IMG/VR virus record: IMGVR_UViG_3300012952_000039
Coordinates: 1 to 39,511 of that record
DNA: 39,511 nucleotides
From: a virus
Lineage: Duplodnaviria > Caudoviricetes
Reading direction: 5' to 3' (one strand)
Position 1 is the first letter of the stretch. Each line of letters opens with the position of its first letter. The notes beneath the pieces are model-generated. The model saw only the letters and a program-made list of their open reading frames with translations. It was not told the origin of the DNA and did no database searches. A program made the position numbers and the translations under genes. Shown here piece after piece: positions 28,869-37,296 of the stretch.

Positions 28869-29794
28869 GCTATGTCCTCCTTCGCGGCTAATTGTTTTGC
28901 ATACTCTTCAAGTGGCACACCTAGTCTTTTCGAAATTGCTACCTGTGAGGGTGTGAGCTTCACAGTTCTTCGGCGTCCTTTTCCGGCCGGACGATTGGCA
29001 CTTGCTACATTTTGAACAGGTTGTTCTTTAGTAGATTCCTTATTTGTATCAAATTTGTGTGGGAATTCAAGTCTAATTCGCTTGTCCACCTCAGAATAAT
29101 ACTCATCGGAATTTCCATCAAAACCTTCTTCTTCAACCAGCTTCTTATGTATATCAAATGCAGTGTAAGTCATTGCATTATCAGTACCAAACCAAGGATT
29201 TTTCTTAGCCCAAGCGTCTGCTTTAGGATCAGGTTGTCTCTGTGGTTGACGAGGCATAGGTTGTGTTGGCTCTGCCTTTTGATGTTCAGGAATTGGATTT
29301 TCGTCCACTTCCTTCATTCTAGCAAGTCTTGTAGCATCCATTGTCAGTTGTGCAAGTTCTGTTTGAGCAGCAACTTGACCTTCAATGTCATTTGCATTTA
29401 TAGCTTGTGCTAGTTTAGATTTAGCAGCATCTAAATTAGTCGTAACTCTTTTTTCAAACTCTTTACTGTAGTCTGCATCCAAAGAGCTGTAACGCTTTCG
29501 CATTTTTTCAGCTGCATCTTTTTGTGTTTTTGCAAAAGTAATAGCTTCTTCTTTTTGCCTTTCAGCCTCACGCATTTTACGCGTAAGTTTAGCTATTCTT
29601 TTTTGAACACCTTCTGAGTATTCTGTTAACTCTTCTTTGTGTTCTGCTTGTTCAGTTTGTTCTACTGCTTCTTCAGCAGTAGTTTCTACTGCTTCTATCT
29701 TCTCTTCTTCTTGTGGTTCTGGCGCAGCATCAAGATCTATTTCAGTTTCTTGTTCGGCACCATCACCGACGTCGACTTTAGTTTCATCGAGCAT
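28865..29794 (-). CDS. Capsid scaffolding protein
   Basis: Acidic N-terminus, long coiled coil, WAKKNPWFG, basic C-terminal helix pair (LTPSQVAISKRLGVPLEEYAKQ). Confidence 0.75.
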   Translation of the reverse strand: MLDETKVDVGDGAEQETEIDLDAAPEPQEEEKIEAVETTAEEAVEQTEQAEHKEELTEYSEGVQKRIAKLTRKMREAERQKEEAITFAKTQKDAAEKMRKRYSSLDADYSKEFEKRVTTNLDAAKSKLAQAINANDIEGQVAAQTELAQLTMDATRLARMKEVDENPIPEHQKAEPTQPMPRQPQRQPDPKADAWAKKNPWFGTDNAMTYTAFDIHKKLVEEEGFDGNSDEYYSEVDKRIRLEFPHKFDTNKESTKEQPVQNVASANRPAGKGRRRTVKLTPSQVAISKRLGVPLEEYAKQLAAKEDIA

Positions 29795-29812
29795 AGTGTA
29801 GTCCTCCTATGA

Positions 29813-30232
29813 TTACATTGCGTGAATCAAATCTTTAGGATCTTCTATCGTACCTAAGATTTCATCATCGTTTAACATTCGTATTTCCCCACCTTCAATC
29901 TCCATGCGTGATCCTGCATATCTTGCAAAGATCACCCAATCTTTTTCTTTGCACCATGGACCTGTAGGATATTTATCTTCGCCTCTATAACAAAGAGGTC
30001 CCATTTTTAAAACATAACCAACTTGTACAGCTGCTCGTGCTCGATCCAATGTTTCTTGTGCAATAATAATTCCGCCTTCACTTTTTTCTTTAACTCTAAA
30101 AGGCATGACTAAAATACGCCAACCCGTTGGGTCAGGTAATTTTTCTAAATTAGTTTTTTCTGGTGCTTCTGTAGCTGCTTTATCTTCAGCTTTATATTTA
30201 TCTTCTAATGCGTGTGACGTTGTTTGGGTCAT
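29813..30232 (-). CDS. groES: Co-chaperonin GroES (phage-encoded)
   Basis: PTGWRILV, KSEGGIII mobile loop, VIFARYAG, MLNDDEILG. Confidence 0.92.
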   Translation of the reverse strand: MTQTTSHALEDKYKAEDKAATEAPEKTNLEKLPDPTGWRILVMPFRVKEKSEGGIIIAQETLDRARAAVQVGYVLKMGPLCYRGEDKYPTGPWCKEKDWVIFARYAGSRMEIEGGEIRMLNDDEILGTIEDPKDLIHAM

Positions 30233-30437
30233 TCGGTTCTGGCTCCTTTGGTTCTAGCAGGTTAGAGAGTTCCTGATTTATTATATCGATACCGTGTATC
30301 TTACCTATTATATATTTGTATTCTTCCATAGTGTCAATCCCTCCGTTTACGAGAGTTTGGGCGAGGACTTCCATCTGGTCTTGCATCAGCCTTCTCATTT
30401 TGTATATAGCGTTTATCGGGTCTGTAGCTTCTGACAT
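30198..30437 (-). CDS. Small helical hypothetical protein (79 aa)
   Basis: AAGGAG SD; GGIDTMEEYKYIIGKIHG; lies upstream of groES. Confidence 0.75.
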   Translation of the reverse strand: MSEATDPINAIYKMRRLMQDQMEVLAQTLVNGGIDTMEEYKYIIGKIHGIDIINQELSNLLEPKEPEPNDPNNVTRIRR

Positions 30438-30507
30438 TTAGTTTCTCCTTATGTCCTAATTGTGCCCAGAACTCATCAAGTGGGTTCTTGGGCTTATCTT
30501 CCCCCAT
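30334..30507 (-). CDS. Possible 57-aa ORF overlapping the 79-aa gene (not in track)
   Basis: AGGGGG SD then ATG; MGEDKPKNPLDEFWAQLGHKEKLNVRSY...RKRRD. Confidence 0.35.
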   Translation of the reverse strand: MGEDKPKNPLDEFWAQLGHKEKLNVRSYRPDKRYIQNEKADARPDGSPRPNSRKRRD

Positions 30508-30537
30508 TTTTCCCCCTAATGTAAAATTAAGTCAATC

Positions 30538-30915
30538 CTACTTTTTCTTGAAAATATCTACGCCCTTGAGTCCGTATATGCTAGCGACCACGCCGACAAA
30601 CAGCGTCTGGTACCAGAAAGGCAGATTGTTAAACTGCTCAAAGAACATATGCAGTTTTTGTTGTATCTCTGGATCATCACTAAATACACTCCATATCAAT
30701 AAAATCACGGGTGCGCTCACGAGAATAAGAACGAATTCGTCCTTCCATCCTTTGTCGTTTGACTGTCTTACAGCTGCTTGATACTCGACTTCGCCGTTTG
30801 CCATTTTTTGTGCATGCAACATTGCAGCATCTGACTCGAGCATTTTGCGCTTCTGTCTGTTACTCATTATATGTGTGCCAGCGCCGACTGCTAATTTGAC
30901 AATGTCAAGTATCAT
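30538..30915 (-). CDS. Holin (GTA/3TM-holin-like)
   Basis: Hydrophobic segments FVLILVSAPVILLIWSVF and WYQTLFVGVVASIYGL; basic C-terminus KKK. Confidence 0.7.
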   Translation of the reverse strand: MILDIVKLAVGAGTHIMSNRQKRKMLESDAAMLHAQKMANGEVEYQAAVRQSNDKGWKDEFVLILVSAPVILLIWSVFSDDPEIQQKLHMFFEQFNNLPFWYQTLFVGVVASIYGLKGVDIFKKK

Positions 30916-30919
30916 ATGA

Positions 30920-31033
30920 TTATGTGATTATTCCTATTAGAATTATGACGATGATAGCGGCACCGATGACTTTGGTTTTCCAACCCATCTCAGTCCACTT
31001 GTCTATAATTTTATCTTTTAAGTTTTGGATCAT
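30920..31033 (-). CDS. 37-aa single-TM membrane protein (not in track)
   Basis: MIQNLKDKIIDKWTEMGWKTKVIGAAIIVIILIGIIT; AGGAGG SD and ATGA overlap. Confidence 0.75.
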   Translation of the reverse strand: MIQNLKDKIIDKWTEMGWKTKVIGAAIIVIILIGIIT

Positions 31034-31185
31034 GTTGTCCTCCTCTTCTTATTTACACCTGCTTCGCTAAGCGCGATAGCTATGGCTTGCTTCTTATTCT
31101 TAACCTTTTTCTTAGATTTGCCAATATTTAATTTTTTATTTTTAAACTCACGCATAACCTTACTGATTTTCTTTTCTTTTTTCAT
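31030..31185 (-). CDS. 51-aa very basic protein, DUF6496-like (not in track)
   Basis: MKKEKKISKVMREFKNKKLNIGKSKKKVKNKKQAIAIALSEAG...; the KVMxEFK and KQAIAIALSEA motifs are recalled from DUF6496; TAATG coupling. Confidence 0.8.
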   Translation of the reverse strand: MKKEKKISKVMREFKNKKLNIGKSKKKVKNKKQAIAIALSEAGVNKKRRTT

Positions 31186-32840
31186 TATACAATCATGTTT
31201 GCGTATTGATATGCGTATTCATCACTATAACCATAACTCTTCATTTGATTAAAAACTTGCATCTGTATAGCATCAAAATTAGATGTATCTACCGGAACTT
31301 CAGTTCCTTGTAACCAAGAAGCTCCTGTTCCTTCGTCTCCTGATGAACCTTGTTGTGTATTTTGTGTATCATTTAAATACGCCATGGTTTCTGCATCATT
31401 TGTGTTATCTCCTCGGTTTGCCGCGGTGTCTGCTACATTTTGCATTAGGCCCACACCATATTCTCCGTATTGTCCATAAGGGTTTGACAACATTCCTGAC
31501 ACTTGACCAAACTGATCCGGGTTCATTCCTTGTGTAGGACCTGCATATGAAAAGCCCAATGATTGTGCTTTTTGTGGATCAACATACGCTCCTTTGTAAC
31601 TTTGATTAACACCTAAAGCTTGAGCAAGTCCACTGTTTGTAATTCCAAAACCCACAGATCCTTGTATGGTTCCTTCGTCATCTGTTTTCATAACGTCTTT
31701 AGCATCAATTAAACCTTCTGCTATAGCTTCTGTTACAGTCATTCCAAGTTCATTACTGTAGTTTGCAGAATCCATACCATAAGCCGGTTGTCCCATAAAA
31801 GCTCGTGCTAATTGATAACCTATTGTTCCTTGTGTTCCTACTGCACCTAAAGCTTTAGCAACTGGTTCAACTCCATATTGTTGAGTTAACCCATAAAGAT
31901 CAGAAGCTGTAAGACCAGCCATAGCTGTTTTCCCGATAGCATATCCATAATCTTCTGCTGTAGCATCGTCAGGAACACCATACATTGCTTGACCAAGGTT
32001 TGCAAAACCGTCCATTACAGATTTCGCTTGGGCTGCAACGGATTGTTGGTTTAGTCCATATGCCATCATGCCTTTTAAAGAAGTTTCATTAAATGCCTGT
32101 TGTAGATCTCCTAGTGGTACACCAATAGATTTTGCATATTGAGACATTTGTGCGTGTGTAATACTTTCAGGATTAACCATTGATAACTTGGTTTTCATCG
32201 CGTCATACAATTGTTTTTGTACAGGTTTTGTTAGGTCGTATGTTGTTGCCAACACATTATCAGCATAATCTTGTGACATTTGCATGTAGTCTATTGTGTG
32301 TGGACCACGATAACCTTGTTCGTTCTCTTCTCTTCCTGATACAGGACCAATTCCACTATGAACTGCCATTCCATACTGATCAGTTACTACTCCACCACTA
32401 TGGTTGACATACCCACCATATTGGTCTTGTTGCATGTCCATAAAAGATTGAGTAACGTTTCCGTAGGTTGGTGTAGTTTGTATTCCAAGTGAAGGTGTTG
32501 AATGAGCAACTTGTGTAGCACCGAAAGCGTGTTGGTTGTTTGCTCCAAAAGCATCTCTGTCACCTCGAGTACCTCCTGGGTTACCACCAGCTTCAGCGTC
32601 TCCTTGACCAGGACCACCTCCCCAACCATCATTATAGTTAGGAATGCCTTTTGGCCCGTCGTGTGGAGGATTACTGTCGTATAAATCTAATTTTTCAAGT
32701 AGCTTTGCTTCTTCTGGAGTGATGTATGCTAATTCAACTCTATGTTCACCTAGTCCATATGCTCTAGGAATACCTGACACTAAATTGTCACGCATCCCGT
32801 AAGTTTGCTTATCTCGTTTTGTTAAATGGGCTAAACTCAC
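31185..32840 (-). CDS. Hypothetical Gly/Gln/Ala-rich protein, possibly internal virion (551 aa)
   Basis: N-terminal ELAYITPEEAKLL...GPKGIPNY module followed by a low-complexity body; directly after portal. Confidence 0.6.
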   Translation of the reverse strand: MSLAHLTKRDKQTYGMRDNLVSGIPRAYGLGEHRVELAYITPEEAKLLEKLDLYDSNPPHDGPKGIPNYNDGWGGGPGQGDAEAGGNPGGTRGDRDAFGANNQHAFGATQVAHSTPSLGIQTTPTYGNVTQSFMDMQQDQYGGYVNHSGGVVTDQYGMAVHSGIGPVSGREENEQGYRGPHTIDYMQMSQDYADNVLATTYDLTKPVQKQLYDAMKTKLSMVNPESITHAQMSQYAKSIGVPLGDLQQAFNETSLKGMMAYGLNQQSVAAQAKSVMDGFANLGQAMYGVPDDATAEDYGYAIGKTAMAGLTASDLYGLTQQYGVEPVAKALGAVGTQGTIGYQLARAFMGQPAYGMDSANYSNELGMTVTEAIAEGLIDAKDVMKTDDEGTIQGSVGFGITNSGLAQALGVNQSYKGAYVDPQKAQSLGFSYAGPTQGMNPDQFGQVSGMLSNPYGQYGEYGVGLMQNVADTAANRGDNTNDAETMAYLNDTQNTQQGSSGDEGTGASWLQGTEVPVDTSNFDAIQMQVFNQMKSYGYSDEYAYQYANMIV

Positions 32841-35320
32841 TTTTTCTCCTTAGATACGACTTGCATTTGTTTTATTCCGTCTTTTGCAAGAGTAACAGCC
32901 GCTCTAAGTTTTTGGTGCTCATCATCTTGCTGTAATTTTTCGTCAAACTGACTTTTACCTGTAACAAGCTTCAACATTTCCATATTTGCTTTTTCTTCGC
33001 CTTCATCTTGTTTTCTTTGTTGTTCTTGAGCTTTAATTTGGACTTCATCTGACTTCAGACGCAATAATGGGTCGTTATCAAGCTGGTTTAGCACTTTTTT
33101 CTCTTCTTCAACGTACTCATTAAGGTGTGAAGCGATCAATTGTGCTTTTCTGGACTCAATTTTACCTGTTTGTTGCTGAATTTGCTGATTCATTTGCAAA
33201 ATTTGCGGATTTTGAGCCCCTTGAGGCCCTGCTTGTTGTACAATTTGTTGCATTTGCTGTAATTGAGCCATTTCTTCCTCAAATTCCATTGCAATTTGCT
33301 CTTGAGCCATCAAAGTTATGTGTTCCATGCAGTTTTTTTGCAATAATGCAAGTGCATTTGGGTTATTTCGAGCCATAAAGGTGCCCATAAACGTCAAATG
33401 TGCATCCATGTGAGCTTGATGGTCTTGCCCTGGGAATGCTTGAAATGGTTTTCCGGCCATTGCTTGCATGTTTTCCATAGCTGGATCCATTGGAGTTGGT
33501 TTTTTAGGTGGTGGAAGAACGGTGTTAACGTTTTTTACACCTAATGCTTCATACATGTTTCTATAAGCTTCATAAAGATTATGCATTTTTGGATTAGACA
33601 TAGCTAGTTGTAACTCTGCTTGTGCAATACTAATTCTTTGTGTTTGAGAGAAAATGTTTGGATCAGCAACAGGAATAATATCTATTCTATCGTCAAAGTC
33701 TCTTGCAAAAATTTGATTCTGACCACCAATAACGTCATACGGATATTGTGGAGGTAAATAAGTTGCAAAGCATTTTGACAATAACATAAACTCACATTTC
33801 ATTGCCGCATATAATCTTTTGTGAATAGCAGACATAACCCGCGATCCACGCTCCAATAATGAGACGGTCGTTCCAACCGCTGCACTTTGATTACCATCAC
33901 CAACTTGTAAATCAGCAATAGACGCGAAACGTTGACCAGCGCCTACGACAAAATCTAATAGTTGTAACAATGTAGGATTGGGACCTTTAAATGGTAACGG
34001 CATAAACGCGTCACTTAAATTTCCACCAGGTGCATCTACATCACGAAACTCGCCCGGCTGCAACGGTTGAGCTTCGTCTCTGACGCGGATGCCTCTTTGT
34101 TTAAATCCGGCCGGGAGATTAGCCAAGGTGCCGGCATCTAAGAGTTGTCTTAGTGCTGCGGTGGCAGTTCGTGATAAACCGCCTATCATGTGGATAAGGC
34201 CGAATCCATAAAACCCGAGTCCTGGTAAAAATTTAAAGTGAACAAAATAATCCTTTTTCTTTTTCAAAGGATCTTGTGCGTCGTAGTTTCTACGAATAGA
34301 TAAAACTCTACCTGAGCCTTCATCAATAGAAACTAAATAAGGAACTTTTAATCCTGAAGGTTCTCCTTCTGGACCAACTTCCTCAAAACCTGGTAAATCT
34401 AAATTAGTGTGAAATTCTAAAACAGAATAAATTTCATCTTCGATAGGATCAACTCCACTAAGTTGATCTTTCTTATCTGTAACTTCATCTGCATTATGAT
34501 TTTCTTCAACCTCTATGTCAGAATAAAAACCTGACAATTGTTGTTTTAATAAATCATTACCTGACATTCTTATCTTGTGAATAATAACATCAGTGTCATC
34601 TAAACTTGTTGAAGTATACGGAACATACAAATCTTCTGCTGGTACAAACTTAGAAACACAACGACCTAGTAGTGAGTCGTAATAAACTTTTTTAAATGTA
34701 GAACCTGATAGTGGTAAGTTAAATAACATTTGGTCAAACTCTGGTTCGTACTCTTTCATGTTAACCATAACTTGATAGTTCATAAAATCTTTAACACGAT
34801 CAGCTTGGTCTTCTTTTTCTGGTGTAACGACTCCAACAATCTGTGTTCTAACTGGACCATCAGCAGGAAGTAACTCTTTATAAGCTAAAGACTGAAACTG
34901 TGTGACTGCTTCTGCTAAAACTGGGTGGGTGGCACCGGACGCCCCTCTAAATGGTTCTGCTCTATCTTCGTACTTAAAACCAAGAAGGTCCATACCTTTT
35001 GTGTATGTGTTTTCCCAATCTTGTCGTGAAGATTTACAGTCGTCGTATATTTTTAAAAGATCATCACTAACTTTGTGCAAAGTATGTTCATCTATAATAT
35101 CAGCAAGATTGCCGTCATGCATTTGTCCACCAGGTTGGTTTAAAGCAGATGGATCAAAATCTATTTCTGCTCCACCATCTTCTAGTTGTGTTATTTCTAC
35201 TGGTTGTTGGTTTTGATGCTGTTGCATCATAGCCATTTGCGCTTCTGCTTGAGCAGCTTTGCCTGGCAATTGCATCTTTGTTCTAGGTCTTGCAAAGTTT
35301 GCTGGTTTGTCTATAGCCAT
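32837..35320 (-). CDS. Portal protein
   Basis: 827 aa; HPVLAEAVTQF, FKKVYYD, GLGFYGFGLIH; Q-rich C-terminal helical region as in P22-type portals; near TerL. Confidence 0.88.
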   Translation of the reverse strand: MAIDKPANFARPRTKMQLPGKAAQAEAQMAMMQQHQNQQPVEITQLEDGGAEIDFDPSALNQPGGQMHDGNLADIIDEHTLHKVSDDLLKIYDDCKSSRQDWENTYTKGMDLLGFKYEDRAEPFRGASGATHPVLAEAVTQFQSLAYKELLPADGPVRTQIVGVVTPEKEDQADRVKDFMNYQVMVNMKEYEPEFDQMLFNLPLSGSTFKKVYYDSLLGRCVSKFVPAEDLYVPYTSTSLDDTDVIIHKIRMSGNDLLKQQLSGFYSDIEVEENHNADEVTDKKDQLSGVDPIEDEIYSVLEFHTNLDLPGFEEVGPEGEPSGLKVPYLVSIDEGSGRVLSIRRNYDAQDPLKKKKDYFVHFKFLPGLGFYGFGLIHMIGGLSRTATAALRQLLDAGTLANLPAGFKQRGIRVRDEAQPLQPGEFRDVDAPGGNLSDAFMPLPFKGPNPTLLQLLDFVVGAGQRFASIADLQVGDGNQSAAVGTTVSLLERGSRVMSAIHKRLYAAMKCEFMLLSKCFATYLPPQYPYDVIGGQNQIFARDFDDRIDIIPVADPNIFSQTQRISIAQAELQLAMSNPKMHNLYEAYRNMYEALGVKNVNTVLPPPKKPTPMDPAMENMQAMAGKPFQAFPGQDHQAHMDAHLTFMGTFMARNNPNALALLQKNCMEHITLMAQEQIAMEFEEEMAQLQQMQQIVQQAGPQGAQNPQILQMNQQIQQQTGKIESRKAQLIASHLNEYVEEEKKVLNQLDNDPLLRLKSDEVQIKAQEQQRKQDEGEEKANMEMLKLVTGKSQFDEKLQQDDEHQKLRAAVTLAKDGIKQMQVVSKEKK

Positions 35321-37296
35321 GATTGTTTCTCCTTAAATTTTGTACCTAATCCAACCATACCACCTTTTGCAAATGTTCCTTCAGGGTCAAACGGTTCTGG
35401 TTTTCCTCTTTGGTTGGTTATAAAGTCTGCTACTCGTTCTTCTGTTTTTTGTGCACCTGTTTTAACAGCAGCTTCCCAATTTTCTACACCACCTTTTAAT
35501 GAACCATAATCTTCAGCACCAGTTTCTATCCATCCTTGTTCTGGGTGTTTTGTCATTTCGTCAACAACAAACGTTCCTTCTTTTTGACCTGATAGCTGTC
35601 CAGTTCTTGCGTTTATCGCCGTTTCAGGAGCGTAATATGTCATAGTAACTAATTGTGATTCATTTCCTCTACCAGAAATTTCTATCATTCCTGTATCTAC
35701 GTTTTCTTCTAAACGAATTGGTTCAATACTTATATCTGGATCCTTTAATTCATAAACTACGATATTTGGTTCACCGCCCTTTACTTCAGCATAAGTAGCA
35801 GGTCTAGCTGTTCCGTTAGTTCTAATTTTATCTACTAGTAATGGAAACCATGCTGGCATACCGCTTGCTGTCATAGCTGGAGCTGTTGCAGCTGCTGTTG
35901 TTGCAGATTTTGTAAACAATCCTTTTCCACCTGTAGCCAAAGCCGCGAGCCCCGATCCCATCAAACCTAAGAATCCTCTACGACCCATTTTCATTTTATC
36001 AAGTGGGTTACCACCACTATCTAAACCTACACGACCACCTTTTTCCATTTCAGGTTTACCTAGTATGTTGGCCATGTCCGTTGGAATATTATCTTCATAC
36101 ATTCCGTCTTCTAGTTTTTGACTCATGCGTCGAAGTTCATTAGCAATCACTTCTGCTTCTTCCATCCGTCCTTCAGCCACAGCTTTTTCCATTGCCATCT
36201 TTGCTTCAGCGATTTCCATGGATACAGCATCTCCTATTTTTGTGTCTCTTTCATATTTTGAAATCGTATCTTCTATAAACTTATCCGTCATGTAATCGTC
36301 TGTTTTTTGTGTATCAATCTCTTCCACTGCATCACTTAATATTTTGTTTCTTTCTGATTTCATTTTATTAATTTTTCCAAGATCCCCTGTTATATTATCT
36401 AAAGACTGATCTACGTTTTCAATTCCCTCACGTCTTTTAATCTCTTTATCAAGTAATGTTTCTTCAGGAGCTTTGTAAAGCTGAGGTTGTAAAACAGAGT
36501 CTATGTAAGAAATCGCTGCTTTTCTTTGTTCATCATTAAAGATTCCAAACTTGTCACCACTTGCAACAGCATCTCTAAACGGCCCAAGTAAAAACGGATT
36601 ATCTTTGTGTTGTTCAACCATTTCTTTTAAACGGTTCATTGCAGCATCATTGTTCTGTACACCGATGTTCGTAACACCTCCACCGGTTGATGGCGGAGTG
36701 CTTTTTGGTCCAAGATATTTTGATGACGCACCATCTTCTTTTACATACAGCATTGGATGTTCTGGATGGTTTCTACCTTCCAATAACCAAACTAGTTCAT
36801 CTTCAAACGTATCACTTTCTTTAAGTCCAAACCCCCCACCTGACAGTCCACCCTTTTTCTTAATTGCAACTGCAGCTTTAACTTCAGCTTCTCCAAATGT
36901 ATTAATTAAATTATTTCTAAACATTTCATTTGGAATGTCTTGAACAAGATCAACATCAACACCACCGTATTGATTGAAGTCATAATCTTCATCCATTTGT
37001 TTTTGCATCGGTGATCGGGCTTCCCTTATGTCATCATAAATAATTCCAATCTCTTCTGTAAGTTCAGGTGTAAGGAAACCTTGTTTGTGTTGTGTTTCAA
37101 GAAGTGGATCTAAATCTCTTGCAATAACATCTAGGTTGTCGGTTTCTACAATTCGTTTTGGATCATCTGGTAAATAACCACTGTTAAAATATTCTGCTAT
37201 TGCTTGTTTAAAATCTCTAATCTCAGAAGGATTTGATACGGACCGACCCGTACTCCTCATGTTTTTCAAAAATAGATTAAAGTATCTCATACTCAT
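35311..37296 (-). CDS. Hypothetical multi-module protein between TerL and portal (661 aa)
   Basis: Acidic N-terminal part, doubled xxGG motif, internal RRGFLG plus hydrophobic stretch, C-terminal FAKGG. Confidence 0.7.
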   Translation of the reverse strand: MSMRYFNLFLKNMRSTGRSVSNPSEIRDFKQAIAEYFNSGYLPDDPKRIVETDNLDVIARDLDPLLETQHKQGFLTPELTEEIGIIYDDIREARSPMQKQMDEDYDFNQYGGVDVDLVQDIPNEMFRNNLINTFGEAEVKAAVAIKKKGGLSGGGFGLKESDTFEDELVWLLEGRNHPEHPMLYVKEDGASSKYLGPKSTPPSTGGGVTNIGVQNNDAAMNRLKEMVEQHKDNPFLLGPFRDAVASGDKFGIFNDEQRKAAISYIDSVLQPQLYKAPEETLLDKEIKRREGIENVDQSLDNITGDLGKINKMKSERNKILSDAVEEIDTQKTDDYMTDKFIEDTISKYERDTKIGDAVSMEIAEAKMAMEKAVAEGRMEEAEVIANELRRMSQKLEDGMYEDNIPTDMANILGKPEMEKGGRVGLDSGGNPLDKMKMGRRGFLGLMGSGLAALATGGKGLFTKSATTAAATAPAMTASGMPAWFPLLVDKIRTNGTARPATYAEVKGGEPNIVVYELKDPDISIEPIRLEENVDTGMIEISGRGNESQLVTMTYYAPETAINARTGQLSGQKEGTFVVDEMTKHPEQGWIETGAEDYGSLKGGVENWEAAVKTGAQKTEERVADFITNQRGKPEPFDPEGTFAKGGMVGLGTKFKEKQSWL

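Noticed and set aside
25330-32632. Short alternative-frame minus-strand ORFs 25330-25515 and 32387-32632
   Set aside because: Fully nested in well-supported genes, with no recognisable features.
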